A stretch of DNA of 63,036 nt, filler included, from Octopus bimaculoides (lineage: Eukaryota): NCBI RefSeq assembly GCF_001194135.2. It is 7 parts of 7 records of this genome, joined end to end, with 100 filler letters (N's around TTAATTAATTAA, not from the genome) between each part and the next. Parts side by side here need not be neighbours in the genome. Positions count along the whole stretch, not along the records: positions 1 to 10,778 come from NC_068990.1; positions 10,879 to 17,431 come from NC_068984.1; 5 more parts are not named here. One strand, 5' to 3'. Under the pieces are notes generated by a model, which searched no databases, was not told the DNA's origin, and worked only from the letters and a program-made list of their open reading frames with translations. Position 1 is the first letter of the stretch. Each line of letters starts with the position of its first letter. The translations under genes and the position numbers were made by a program. Below, piece by piece: positions 1 to 11,734 of this stretch.

Positions 1-89
1 ACATGGCTCGCACAGCTCTCACTAGCCATTCTTCTATCCCAAGTTTCCTCATTGACCACCACATAAGGGATCGGGGGACCCTGTCAAAG

Positions 90-129
<40 letters not shown>

Positions 130-164
130 GTATGTATGTATGTAGGTAGGTATGTATATACATA

Positions 165-470
165 GTGGAGGCACATGGCCTAGTGGTTAGAGCAGTGGAC
201 TCACGGTCAAGGGATCATGGGTTCTAATCTCAGACTGGGTGATGTGTGCATTTATGAGCAAAACACCTAAGCTTTATACAGCTCCAGCAGAATATAATGG
301 CGAACTTCTGCTAAGTCTTTCACCACAACGTTTTCTCACTCTTTCCTCCTGCATCCAGCAACCCAACTGCGATGGTCTGGCATCCCACCAAAGTGGGGAA
401 TCTACACACCAACGAAACTGGGAAACTGACCGTTATGAGCCAGGCGTGGCTCAAGAAGGAACAAACAATA
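165..470 (+). mobile_element. tRNA-derived SINE, family E
   Basis: A box TGGCCTAGTGG (176-186) and B-box-like GGTTCTAATCT. The body contains GCGATGGTCTGGCATCCCAC, resembling MetaSINE-type 3' regions (from memory). The head recurs at 25675-25767. Confidence 0.7.
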
Positions 471-490
471 TATATGTACATACATGCAAT

Positions 491-535
491 GGTGCTCCAG
501 CATGGTCCCAGCCTCTGGCTCAAACCAGTAAAAGA
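491..535 (+). mobile_element. Isolated family-A/CR1-type 3' tail fragment
   Basis: GGTGCTCCAGCATGG...CAGTAAAAG matches the family A tail. Confidence 0.5.
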
Positions 536-742
536 ATATTGATCACTGGTAGTATTCATTAGAACTAGGTATATGAACATGTAGGACACCAGGATTGGCT
601 GGGTATGTAGTTTTGAGCTTACAGTACATGGAAGCAACTCATAGTAGCTGTTACATGTTTATCAAGGAACAGATTTTCATTCCATTCATCTTCGAAAAGC
701 ACAAAATTAGCAGATGAACTCACTCTGATGAAGCCATCGAAA

Positions 743-928
743 ACACTCTGTAAAGTGGTTGGCATTTTGAAGGACATCTAGCAATAGAAACCACACCGAA
801 TCAGAAAATGGAGCTCAATACAACCCTCTCGTTCATTGGTTCCTATTGAACCAAACAACCTGTGCCAGCATGGTAAAAGGGGACATTAAATGTTAATGAT
901 AGTAATGATGATGATGATGATGATGATA
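743..928 (+). mobile_element. Degenerate family D retroposon 3' part, (GAT)n tail
   Basis: Colinear with 2503-2745 (GTGGTTGGC..AAGG.CATC.AG; GCCAGCATGG..GGAC.TTAAA; GAT repeats). Confidence 0.55.
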
Positions 929-2502
929 ACACAGGTTCTAGTGCAGAAATTTTCAAAATCTTATCATTTAATATCAAGAAAATTACTGACATGCTTTTGT
1001 GTTGTTTTTCTTTTTTTTTTTCTGTTTTCATACTCCCTGTCAGCAAAACCCAACACCTCAAACCGTGACTGCATACCATGTAGCCGACACCCGCACCCCC
1101 TGTAAACCTTACCACACAGCATTCAGTTAAAGAATTTTTCTGTCAACTTTTACAGTTTAGTCAGGTTTGAGGTTTGAGATTGAAGGGAATAGGAGTCAAG
1201 GTTAGACAAGAAACAGGAGCAATTGTAGTGATGGCATTGATGGAGGTGACAGTGGTTATTATATTAGTGGTGGTGGTGGTGGGGTGTTTTGGTGGTGACA
1301 GTGGTGGTTGTCATACTGATGTAAATTTAGACACATCTTTCACCCTCACTGTTGTAAACATCCCAAATGAACAGCCATAGGTCATTGATGAAGCTGATGA
1401 CTGTATTGTTTACACAATTCCATTCTCTTCCCTGATTCAAGGTATTTTTCTTTTCATTTCTTTTTTGTTTCTTTTTCTTTTTCTTCTTTTTTTTTTTTGG
1501 TTCTTCCATTACTGAAAAAAAAAGTTGTCAATAAAGTAATTCCAATCTACACTGTTATCTTTTCTAAAGAAGGTTTCTCTTTCTCTGTCTTCTCATTGTC
1601 TTAATTTCAATTAGTATGCAGCCATAAAACTTCTTTCTATTCATATTTAACTTAGAAAAGAAGATAATAGGCTTAATGGAAAGAAATATATGTTAAGAAG
1701 GAATTCCAAGATACAATCATACTTGATAGAAAACAAATTTTGGCATAATGAAACTACAATAAAGAAAATACGACAACAAATAATAATAATAATAATAATA
1801 CTAATGAATAACAGCAACAACAATAATAATGATAGCAATAAATAATAATAATAACAACAAGAACAACAACAACAACTACAACGATGATAATAATTAACTG
1901 TAAACCTAAAAGCATTTAAATAAAATATTTCTTAATGGGAATATATATTTTATTAATATTTGTTGAAATTAATGAATTCTTGTATATGTTATCCCCCAAT
2001 TATTGTTTGTTATTTGCTTGTTTGTTTGTTTGTTTGTTTTTTTCTCTTTCTCATTTGTATGATCTGTTGATAAACAATTACTGTATTCGTCATAAGATGG
2101 TGTATAATAAAACAAAATTCATTTTCNNNNNNNNNNNNNNNNNNNNNNNNNNNNNNNNNNNNNNNNNNNNNNNNNNNNNNNNNNNNNNNNNNNNNNNNNN
2201 NNNNNNNNNNNNNNNNNNNNNNNNNNNNNNNNNNNNNNNNNNNNNNNNNNNNNNNNNNNNNNNNNNNNNNNNNNNNNNNNNNNNNNNNNNNNNNNNNNNN
2301 NNNNNNNNNNNNNNNNNNNNNNNNNNNNNNNNNNNNNNNNNNNNNNNNNNNNNNNNNNNNNNNNNNNNNNNNNNNNNNNNNNNNNNNNNNNNNNNNNNNN
2401 NNNNNNNNNNNNNNNNNNNNNNNNNNNNNNNNNNNNNNNNNNNNNNNNNNNNNNNNNNNNNNNNNNNNNNNNNNNNNNNNNNNNNNNNNNNNNNNNNNNN
2501 NN

Positions 2503-2745
2503 ATGAAATGCACCATTTTGAGCGTGGCCGTTGCCAGTACTGCCTGACTGGCCTTCATGCGGGTGACACGTAAAAGTACCCACTACACTCTCTGAGTGGT
2601 TGGCGTTAGGAAGGGCATCCAGCTGTAGAAACTCTGCCAAATCAGATTGGAGCCTGGTGTAGCTATCTGGTTTCACCAGTCCTGAGTCAAATCGTCCAAC
2701 CCATGCTAGCATGGAAAGCGGACGTTTAAACGATGATGATGATAT
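2503..2745 (+). mobile_element. Family D non-autonomous retroposon (probably RTE-related), 5' end lost in gap
   Basis: GGTTGGCGTTAGGAAGGGCATCCAGC core; ends CCAACCCATGCTAGCATGGAAAGCGGACGTTTAAAC(GAT)n. Second copy at 743-928. Confidence 0.65.
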
Positions 2746-2779
2746 AGACACAGGCATGACTACATGGATACAAAATTTA

Positions 2780-2943
2780 CTTCTCAACCATGTGTTTTGG
2801 TAAATGTCATCTTCTGTAGCCTTGGACTAACTAATGCCTTTGAGAGTGGGGTTGATTTCTTTGACTAAAACCCTTTAAGGCAGTGCTCCAGCATGGCCAC
2901 AGTCAAATAACTGAAACATGGAAAAGAGTAAAAGAATAAAAGA

Positions 2944-2945
<2 letters not shown>
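2780..2945 (+). mobile_element. SINE family A, internally deleted
   Basis: Head remnant joined to tail GGCAGTGCTCCAGCATGGCCACAGTCAAATAACTGAAAC...AGTAAAAGAATAAAAG. Confidence 0.7.
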
Positions 2946-2998
<53 letters not shown>

Positions 2999-3260
2999 CA
3001 TATATATGTATATATAGTTGTATGAATGTATCTATCTATATGTATATATATATATATAAATAAGTTAGTATTATTACTGTTATTTACAGTAATAACAAGG
3101 TGGCTAGCAAGTTCACACCTTTACAGGCACAATATAAAGTAATTTAAGACAGGTAGGGTGTATGATACCGCTTGCTAAAATCAGAGCCATAAAAATTGGC
3201 TCTGATTTTAGTAAGTGGTAAATCTCATCGTAACTGTTGAGGAACTAGCAGAGAAGCTTG

Positions 3261-3300
3261 GATGGCATGCACTTTGATGGCATGCACTGCTCTCTCACTC

Positions 3301-3355
<55 letters not shown>
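3261..3355 (+). mobile_element. 3' end of the (AAT)n-tailed element also seen at 31857-32226
   Basis: CACTTTGATGGCATGCACTGCTCTCTCACTC(AAT)n, near-identical to 32130-32226. Confidence 0.65.
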
Positions 3356-3357
<2 letters not shown>

Positions 3358-3380
3358 GATAATAATAATAAAGATAATAG

Positions 3381-3414
<34 letters not shown>

Positions 3415-3501
3415 AAAAACAACTGTATTATGAATATTTTTAATAATTTATTTTGTTTTGGTTTTAATAAATAATAAATATATAAGCTAGGATTCCACAC
3501 A

Positions 3502-3640
3502 ATTTCTGTCTATCAAATTCACTGACAAGGCATTGGTCAGGATGAAACTATAGAAGACATTTGCCCAAGTTGCTCAACAGTGGACTGAACTTGAAACCAT
3601 ACTGTTGCAAAGCAAACTTCTTAAACATACTGCCATACCT
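3502..3640 (-). mobile_element. SINE family A, 5' half
   Basis: Reverse complement aligns to the family A head (AAGTTTGC..CAAC..GGTTTCAAGTTCAGTCCACTG..CTTGGGCAAATGTCTTCTATAG). Confidence 0.65.
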
Positions 3641-3739
3641 GTGTCTGGTAGTTATGGTTTTCACCACAAATAGGAAGAATTCACTCTTAGAGAGCAAAAA
3701 GAAGTAAGACAAGTACTACAATGCATCTCATCTAACATT

Positions 3740-3922
3740 CTAAACTCTTAACAGCTCCTCCAATCTCACTACATGGGTTGCTACTTTATTTACTGACCTT
3801 AAAAACAAGTGAATAAATGGCAAGGCTGACCTTGGCAGGATTTGAACTTAAAGTGCAGAGAGTCAGAACAGATACTCGAAGGTATTTTTATCTGATGCTC
3901 TAATGACTTAGCTAATTCACAA
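3740..3922 (-). mobile_element. SINE family B, degenerate
   Basis: GGCAAGGCTGACCTTGGCAGGATTTGAACT matches the family B core GGCAAAGTCGACCTCGGCGGAATTTGAACT. Confidence 0.6.
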
Positions 3923-4595
3923 ACATTATTAAGTTCAATCAATTGTAACCTATAATGTAATCCTCGGTAAAAACTGCTTTTCTGCCAAGCCGAAAGAAAT
4001 GTAAAATAAATAAGGAAAAGGCATCTGTGTGAAGAAGAAGTTTTCCTATAAAGCGTAATTTCTCAGTAAGTCAGTCGTTGTCAATGACCAAAATTATCTC
4101 AAAATCTGGTATACAGCATGGTTCAATTTGTTCAAAGTGTCATGTCTAACATTGAAATAAAGGCAATTAACTGATTTAGTAGAAAGAAATTCAAGGTGGT
4201 GCAGAACTTAAACAGAGATATATATCAAACATTAATTTCCGGTTTCTTTAATTAGAATAACGAAAAGCCTCTTGTCTTATTAAAGTTAAAAGTAAGGTAA
4301 ATTGCTAGTTCCTGTTGTCAGGATGCCGTTGTCTTCTAGTGGTTATTTGAGATCATGACTAACAATAGAAGCTTTCGAAGATGGTAAGTTGGAACTTGCA
4401 GGCACTCTAGCAAGAAAATTACTCAGAAACAGTATATTAGTGTATGTATGTGTGTATGTGTATGTATGCATGTGAGTGTGTGTATGTGTGTGTGTGTGTA
4501 TGCATGTGAGTGTGTGTGTATGTGTATGATACAATTATTCATATACATATATATATATATTTATATATATATATGCATATGTTCACATATATATA

Positions 4596-4641
<46 letters not shown>

Positions 4642-5117
4642 CATGCATGTGTGCATTTATGTACTAAGATTAATTTTAATATGAATAATAATCAAGCATT
4701 ATATATAGAAGTTGTAATAATTTTAAACTAAAATATTTATTGCAAATCACCTGCATGTTGTGTGTATGTCTGTGTATGGTTGAGTGAATGTGTACATGTG
4801 TGTGTGTGTAAGAAAAAGAAGAAGAAGAGCTAATTACAAGCTGCTATGATGTTTACTAAATGCATTATGGAGATCGTTTATAAGGAGCTGCCTTATAATA
4901 TTATAGTTGTTGGTGTTGTTATTTAAGCCTCCCTCATTTCATTCCAATTCAACATTGATTAAACAAACCTACAATTAAAAAATGTTTAACTCATGAACAT
5001 CCTGTTCTCTTACACAACAACATCACATTACAGTTGCTGTCCAATGAGATACCTTATAAGACTGCAGTTTGTTCCTGTTGTTTGTGGGAGATTTAGCTGT
5101 TATTTACGTAATCTTTT

Positions 5118-5404
5118 GAAGTCACATGGCTTAGTGGTTAGGGTATTCAGCTCATGATCATAAGGTTGTGAGTTCAGTTCTTGGTGGCGCATTGTGTCCT
5201 TGAGAAAGACAATTTATTTCACATTGCTCCAGTTCATTCAGTTGGCGAAAATGAGTAGTACCTGTATTTCAAAGGGTCAGCCTCTCACTGAGAACTACAT
5301 GTGTCTGTGGAGTACTCAGCCACTTGCACATTAATTTCACAAGTAGGTTGTTCTGTTGAACTGATCAACTGGAACCATCATTATCATAACCAATGGTGTG
5401 CCAG
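5118..5404 (+). mobile_element. tRNA-derived SINE family C (CORE/Meta-like central domain)
   Basis: A box TGGCTTAGTGG, B box GAGTTCAGTTC, central TGTGTCCTTGAGAAAGACAATTTATTTCACATTGCTCCAG. Confidence 0.7.
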
Positions 5405-5624
5405 TTATGTAATATTGGGTGGCCATTTAGAGAGGCTTCTCTATCATTAGATCATGATATTTGTGTTAGATTGAGTAGAAGATTAAGTAGGGACTGCTGT
5501 GTTGTAAATTGAAGCTAACTGCGACCACATGTGCAGTTAGTTAAAATATCAAACTGAAATACATTTGTCATTAAATTAAATGAGACAATGATTATGTAAA
5601 GCTATGAGATTTTGAGAGGGATCA

Positions 5625-6170
5625 AAATTAAAAAAAAGTTATTGGAAAAAGTAAAAAATAATAACAAGAAGAATGATATAAAAAGTTATAGAGAAAAGTT
5701 GGAGGGGGAAAAATTCTCAGAGAAAAGGCTTAGGATAAAATTTCAGGTAAAATGTCACTCAAAAAGAGTCACATAAAGAAGTTACAGGAAAAAATACACA
5801 GAGAAATGTCATGGGGAAAAAAAGTTAAAAACTCATAGTGGATGACAGAAAATTTAGTGACAGAAAAAAGAGATTTGGGGAAAAAGTCAGTGAAAAATGT
5901 TTAAGAAAATGGTCATTTTCAAAAGTCATTATGAAAGTCATAGAAAAAAGTTTCATAAAAAAGTTATCAAAAATATCACATTGGAAGTCATGGGAAAAGT
6001 CACAAGAAAAATATAAAGATTCAGGGGAAAAGTCACTAGAAAGAATTGTGAAAGAATTTGAAGCAAAAGAGTTAGTGGAAAAGCCACAAAAAACACAGAA
6101 AAAAGGATCAGGGAGAAATGTCAAAAGGGAAAAAAAGCCAGAATTTAAAAGAAATCACAAGCGTTGCCGT
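5625..6170. repeat. Degenerate purine-rich minisatellite (~12-14 bp unit, GAAAAAGTCACA-like)
   Basis: Recurrent AAAAGTCA/AAATGTCA/AAAGTTA motifs at roughly 13 bp spacing; explains the Lys/Glu-rich ORF 5838-6263. Confidence 0.55.
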
Positions 6171-6990
6171 GTGGTTAAGAAGTTCACTTTGCAACAGTGT
6201 GGTGTAGGTTTAGTTTCGTTGAGTAGCACCTTAGGCAACTGTCTTCTTATAGTCCTGGGCTAACCAATGCCTTGTAAGTGGAAATGGCATATGAAACCTG
6301 TATGGAAGCTTATACACAAACATGTATGTATGTATGTCATTGTTCAGTTTTATTTCAAGATTTCTTGCCAATAGAGGAGGAGCTGGTCTCTAACCTAGAT
6401 CCAAGGCTCTTTCATTGGAATTTCAACATCAACAACAAGGTATTTTTGTATGTATGTATGTATGTATGTATGTATGTATATGCGCAGCTTTGTATGTTTT
6501 GCTTTATGTGTGTGTTCTCATGCATATAGTTGCATATATAGACATGCTTATATATATTTAAATGATAAACTTCTGGAAAGTTTTACAGATTTCTACAGTT
6601 CCAGTGATGGATTGGATCTGTAGTCTTCGAATTAGCTTTCTCCTTTCTGCTTTTGAGAAAATTAATTTCTCAAGATTGGTATTTAGGTAGTGTGTTACAT
6701 ATCTCAGGGCCCCAATAATTACAGGTGTATGTATGTATGTATGTATGTATATATGTATGTATGTATGTATGTGTGTGTGTGTATGTGTCTGCATTTATGT
6801 TTGTCCCAAACCACTGCATGACAGCTGGTATTGGTTTGTTTATATCCTCATAACTTAGCAGTTCAACAAAAGGGGATAATAGAATAAGTACCAGACTGAA
6901 AAATAAATACTGGGGTCTAACTGTTTGACTAAAACTCTTGAAGGGGGCGTCCCAGCATGGCTGCAATTCCAATTCAATGACTGGAAAAAG
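6160..6990 (+). mobile_element. SINE family A interrupted at its internal microsatellite by an unclassified ~390 bp segment (6335-6725)
   Basis: Head at 6160-6310 and tail at 6780-6990 (CCCAGCATGGCTGCA...TGACTGGAAAAAGTGAAAAG), with non-family-A sequence between two (TATG)n tracts. Confidence 0.6.
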
Positions 6991-7097
6991 TGAAAAGTAA
7001 ACTAGACCAAATTCAAAGAAAATACAGGTAGATGTTACAGTAAAAAAATGTCACCACAAAAAGCAAAAAAAAAAAATAAAGGTTTGGGTAAACTTCA

Positions 7098-7490
7098 GGT
7101 GGGGTTGTGTGATAAGAAGCTTACTTGCCAACCATATGGTTCTGGGTTCAGTCCCATTGCATCGGACTTTGGGTAAGTGTCTAACTGAAAGAAGCCACTC
7201 ATATATATACATGCACATATATATATATATGTGTGAATGTGTGTGTATGTGTGTGTGTGTGTATTTATGTGTCTGTGTTTGTACCCCTGTCATCGCTTAA
7301 CAACTGATGCTGGTGTGTTTATGTCCCCGTAACTTAGTGGCTTGGCAAAAGAGACTAATAGAATAAGTACCAAGCTTACAAAGAATAAGTCCTGGGGTTG
7401 ATTTCTTCAGCTAAGACCCTTTGAGTTGGTGCTCTAGCATGACCACAGTCAAATGACTGAAACAAGTAAAAGAATAAAAGAATAAAAGAA
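7098..7490 (+). mobile_element. SINE family A
   Basis: Head, internal (TA/TG)n and full tail with TAAAAGAA repeats; short internal deletion. Confidence 0.8.
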
Positions 7491-7649
7491 AATGACTGAT
7501 ATAATACTTATTTTATTTTTATTGAAAGTATTGAATAAAAATGTGAATTTTTCCACTTATATGTAATATAAATCATGTTGTCATTGTGTTAAGTTAGATC
7601 ATCACCACCACCAAAATTCCTTAACTGATGCAGCCACTCACTGGAGTGC

Positions 7650-8135
7650 CACTCTACACGCTTTCGTAGTCAGCCATTGACATTGGTCTTTGTTGTCCAA
7701 CATGCATTAGCAGGTTCTCTGTGTTGAAAACCCACCTAGTCCTTGATGTTGCCAAACCAGGATTTTCCCTTTCTGCCTTCCTTTCACTCTTCCTTAACTG
7801 AGCCCTGAAGAATAGTTTTGGGTAGAAACCTGAGGTAGGATACATGACTGTACCAAGCTACAGGGCTGGCTGAAGGTATCGGAAACTCAGGCAGTTGCCT
7901 GGGGTGCCTTGTGCTTTTTAATCTACATTTTCAGTTTTTCTCCTTGTAAAAGTTTAAGAAAAATGATACTTGTAAGGATGCTGAAGTTCAGCTTGCCTGG
8001 GGAGCCAGCAACCCTATGGCTGGACCAGCCAACCAAGCTTCTGTCCTTTTACATATATGCAAGGAGTGGTTCCTGTCTGCCAGCGTATTGTTGACTTACA
8101 GCCTGACAAAGCCTTTTCATTTTGTCCTCTGTGTA
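7650..8135 (-). mobile_element. RTE-clade LINE relic, ORF C-terminus
   Basis: Frameshifted peptides YAGRQEPLLAY/VKGQKLGW and KTILQGSVKEE*KEGRKGKSWFGNIKD resemble RTE/BovB C-terminal motifs (QEPLL..VKRRKL.WFGH; KTILQG.V.G.R.RGR..KSW.DNIK). Confidence 0.65.
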
Positions 8136-8244
8136 TGGGATGTGTAACAGCCGTTAAAGTAGATATTGTTACTTAATAAACCATTTAAAATATTTGTTTA
8201 ACTACTTTAGCTATTGTTTATGGTAGTACCCCTCAATGATTTTA

Positions 8245-8386
8245 AGCCATGCTGGAGCACAAGCTCAAAGGGTTTTAGCTGAAGAAATCAACCCCAGGAC
8301 TTATTCTTTGTAAGCTTGGTACTTATTCTATCAGTCTCTTTTGCCAAGCCATTAAGTTACGGGGACATAAAAACACCAGCATCAAC
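8245..8386 (-). mobile_element. SINE family A, 3' half
   Basis: GCCATGCTGGAGCAC...CCCCAGGACTTATTCTTTGTAAGC...AAGTTACGGGGACATAAAAACACCAGCATC. Confidence 0.75.
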
Positions 8387-8616
8387 TCTCTTGCTTTCAT
8401 ACAAGAGAGTTTTCTCACAGACTGGGGGATCAAGCACATAGCCAAATATAATAAAATGCATAATATATAATTTAAGTATTACATATATAATACATATATA
8501 TTACACAGATAATGCAAAAAACAGCTTGCAAACTGTGATAGACAGTAAAATAGAAATAAAAATTAGAAATTTATTCTTTCTCTGCAGCCTGGTTCCAAAT
8601 GAATCATGACTCAATA

Positions 8617-9158
8617 CTGTGAAACAGGGTTACTTTGAACAGTTTTAGACTTCTTATTGCAATAATTTCATACCCTTTTTCTCAATCTTAACTAAATTTG
8701 ACTATGTTAGGGGGACTAAATGGGTAAACTGATATATGAAATAAAATAAGTTGTAGTCAATGTTTTATTACTTTTTCTTATGTAATTGTCGCTGTTCAAA
8801 GTAATCCCTGATTTGGAATTACTTTGAACAGTGATGTTTTTTTTTTAATTATGTTCAAAAGCTGAGTATGTTATTTGGAGGGATAAGTTTTCCATCAACT
8901 GTAAGAGTCACTTTTAAGTGCTGGAAGTATGTTGATACTACTGTAGCACTTAAACATGCTCTGGATTTTTTGATATTTTGACACAGGCGCAATACTAATT
9001 GGGATTTGTTTCGCTTTAAAAATGAATTAGCCCATTTAGCTGAAAGAAAATTGTTTTTAAATTGCATTACTGTTCAACCTTGAGCTGTGATATAAAGAGG
9101 AAACAAAATATATTTTGTTCAAAGTTACCTCAGTGTTCAATGTAACCCCATTTGATGG
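8617..9158 (-). mobile_element. pogo-like (Tc1/mariner superfamily) internally deleted DNA transposon
   Basis: TA flanks at 8615-16 and 9159-60. Imperfect 25-bp TIRs CTGTGAAACAGGGTTACTTTGAACA / CCATCAAATGGGGTTACATTGAACA, with subterminal GTTACTTTGAACA repeats. ORF 8855-9067 (FKNN..KWANSFLKRN..LRLCQNIKKSRA..YFQHLK..IPPNNI) resembles the CENP-B/Tc5 HTH leading into DDE_1. Confidence 0.8.
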
Positions 9159-9470
9159 TACTTATCCATGGCCTAGTGGTTTGGAATCTCAGGCTTATAG
9201 TATTCAAATGTAGTGTAATGATTTTTCTTTGGCCTTTTCTCTTGATAAAATTCTGGCTCTTCTTCCTGAGTTTTTCTGTGACTTTATTATTAATTTCTGA
9301 GAAATGTTCTTATATAGTCAGCCAAACTGCTAGAAAGAAAACATCTAAACTTCTCTCAAATAACTATCTGTTACTTTCAAAAAGAAGGACACATCAAATA
9401 AATTATATTTCAAGTTGTCTATGACTAACAATATCTGACTCGCAGAATGACAACACAACTTTAATTACAG

Positions 9471-9692
9471 CTTTAAGGTGATGAGCAAGCAGAATCATTA
9501 GCATGCTGGGCAAAATGCTTAGTGGAATCTCATCTGTCATTATGTTCTGAATTCAAATTCTTCCAAAGTCGACTTTACTTTCATCCTTTCGGAGTCGATA
9601 AAATAAGTACCAGTTGAACCCTGGGGTAGCTGTAATTGACTTACCCTGCCTCGAAATTGCTGGCATTGTGCCAAAATTTGAAATGAATATTA
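9471..9692 (+). mobile_element. SINE family B
   Basis: Head AAGGTGATGAGCAAGCAGAATCATTAGC; B box GAATTCAAATTC; core CATCCTTTCGGAGTCGATAAAATAAGTACCAG. Confidence 0.75.
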
Positions 9693-9959
9693 CAGCTTTA
9701 TATGTGCTTGAGAAAAAATTGCATTTTGTTCAATATCTTCAATAATTCTGAATACTTTGATTATAAATCTATTCAATCAGGGCAAACTTGGTGCTAAACA
9801 GCAACAACTGTATAAACCTAAGAAATGATGAGAGCCTGTATACAGTTAGGCAATCAGCTACAAATAGCAGCCAAATCTCCCTCAAATCGTATTCTACTGA
9901 TGAGCATAGTTGCTTGATCTGTTAGAAACAGCAACCAAATCTTCAAATTATATACTTTC

Positions 9960-10750
9960 AGTGTGCCAGAAAATCCATCTTCATTGCTCCACATTGGTCT
10001 CAAAAGACTGAGCATCACCTTGCCTGTTGTGGGTTGGACATGAGCCTTCTTTTGGAGGTGGTCAGTTATCATGCTTTCTGGACTTTAACTTCAGGATCAT
10101 AATGATAGACACATGTTTCATCCTGTATGATAAGTCTGCCAAAATAGTCCTCCTCATTCTCTTGGCACATTGCCAAAAGAGCCTGAAAGCAGTTGACTCC
10201 TTCCTGCTTCTGAAAATGTGTGAGCATCTGGGGAATCCATCGTGCAAATAGCTTCCACATGTGTAAAATGGTCGTGATTGATCTTTTTTCTATGGATCCT
10301 ACACTTATCTCCACTTCTTGGGCTAGTTGCCAAATAGTTATGCAACAATCCTCCAAAAGGGCAGCTTCCACTTTATGAATAGTGTTGTCATTAGTGGTCA
10401 TCCAGGAATAGGAGCAGCTTCCACTGATGTTTGACCACATTAGAAGTGGTGATACCAGTGCTTGACTACATCATATGATGGTGCATCAACACCATAAACT
10501 TTCATCTCATTGAAAGTCTCTTTTGGTGTACAACCAGTCAAGTATAAGAACCTAATCACTGATCTGCATTCAACTGCTTCTATTATAACACCTTAGTCCA
10601 CTTCAGCAACCATAAAGACAAATAAATACAAATGGAAAGCTACAATTTACAATGTGACATGTAGAGACATGTATAATCATAGCTGTACAAGTTCCGTTTC
10701 CTGCAATAATTGGAAGTGGGTCAGAGGAAATCTTTAATGAATACCCTTCA
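9960..10750 (-). mobile_element. mariner transposon relic, 5' two-thirds
   Basis: 5' TIR TA|TGAAGGGTATTCATTAAAGATTTCC (10725-10752). Peptides LLEDCCITIWQLAQEVEISVGS (HTH), ARWIPQML (WVP motif), QDETCVYHYDPE (first catalytic D), KKAHVQPTTGKVML and F*DQCG..MDFLA. 3' end missing. Confidence 0.9.
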
Positions 10751-10822
10751 TATGTATGTGTGTGTGTATATATAAGATNNNNNNNNNNNNNNNNNNNNNN
10801 NNNNNNNNNNNNNNNNNNNNNN

Positions 10823-10834
10823 TTAATTAATTAA
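10823..10834. other. Assembly gap spacer TTAATTAATTAA (also 17476, 41198, 45151, 56036, 60657)
   Basis: Identical 12-mer with stops in all six frames, centred in ~100-bp N blocks, six times. Confidence 0.95.
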
Positions 10835-10878
10835 NNNNNNNNNNNNNNNNNNNNNNNNNNNNNNNNNNNNNNNNNNNN

Positions 10879-10914
<36 letters not shown>

Positions 10915-11660
10915 TACCGAGAGGGATGAATACATGGAAAGAAAAATAAATAAAATACGAACAAAACAGAAACCGTAATATGAATAATCATCACTGAAAC
11001 TCAAGAAACCCATTTTAACGACCAGCATTCCCCTATATCCTGAATGGCCCAATAATCATAGAAGATGGAATGAAGACAGAATCTATAGATGTCGAAATAC
11101 GTACAAAGAGCATGAACTATACCATCACCTATTAGGGAACCAGAACATCGAAAAAAACAAAAAACAATAGAAGTACAATAATACAATTACTTTTTTTACG
11201 GAGAAAATACCACAAAATTCACATCAAATAAGGAATCAGAGTTCTACGTAAAAGAATTTGGAGATAGAAAATGTAGAACATGCAACAACAATAACAACTT
11301 TAGATACTTAGAAAGTGGTTCGCACATAAAATTTAAGACCACATTCTCGTTCAAATTAAATGCAGATATGAACTGCAAGACGCAGAATCTCATATACTAC
11401 ATTATTTTCTCCAACAGCAAGGAAAATTACATTGGCGAAACAAACAATTCCCTCTGCCAACGTGTAAGAATCCAACAGACAACACATCCGACAAGAGAAA
11501 TTGCGCAACATTCTACTGCAAACGCACCTAGAAACATGCGATCAAGGAAAGTTTAAAATCTTTCCCTTTTACTAATGTTCATTAGATTATCTAAAGTTCC
11601 GAAAAGCAATGGAGCTACACTTCAGCGAAAATATCTCTCCAAAACTAAATGTTTGAAAGA
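10915..11660 (+). mobile_element. Penelope-like element 3' part, GIY-YIG endonuclease relic
   Basis: KCRTC..FKLNADMNCKTQNLIYYIIFSNSKENYIGETNNSLCQRVR..HLETCDQGKFKIFPFY; disrupted by indels. Confidence 0.85.
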
Positions 11661-11734
11661 GAAGCAGAGCAACTCATTTTTTTTTTCATTATGTTTTAAA
11701 AGTAATGATGATGGATAAAGAGAAAATATTTACA

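Noticed and set aside
718-765. CTGATGAAGCCATCGAAAAC hammerhead-like string
   Set aside because: Stem II does not pair, the cleavage position would be G, there is no stem I, and it overlaps a family D copy.
1040-1510. Possible exons: plus acceptor at 1042, plus VIDEADD segment 1381-1441, minus Lys-rich ORF 1327-1509
   Set aside because: They conflict in strand, have weak or single splice signals, and show no recognisable homology beyond a chance VIDEAD hexapeptide.
7803-7835. CTGAAGA..GAAAC hammerhead-like string
   Set aside because: At most 2 bp of stem II; it is the antisense strand of the RTE KTILQG coding motif.
10823-10834. Recurrent TTAATTAATTAA palindrome (six copies)
   Set aside because: Always centred in ~100-bp N blocks; an assembly spacer, not biology.
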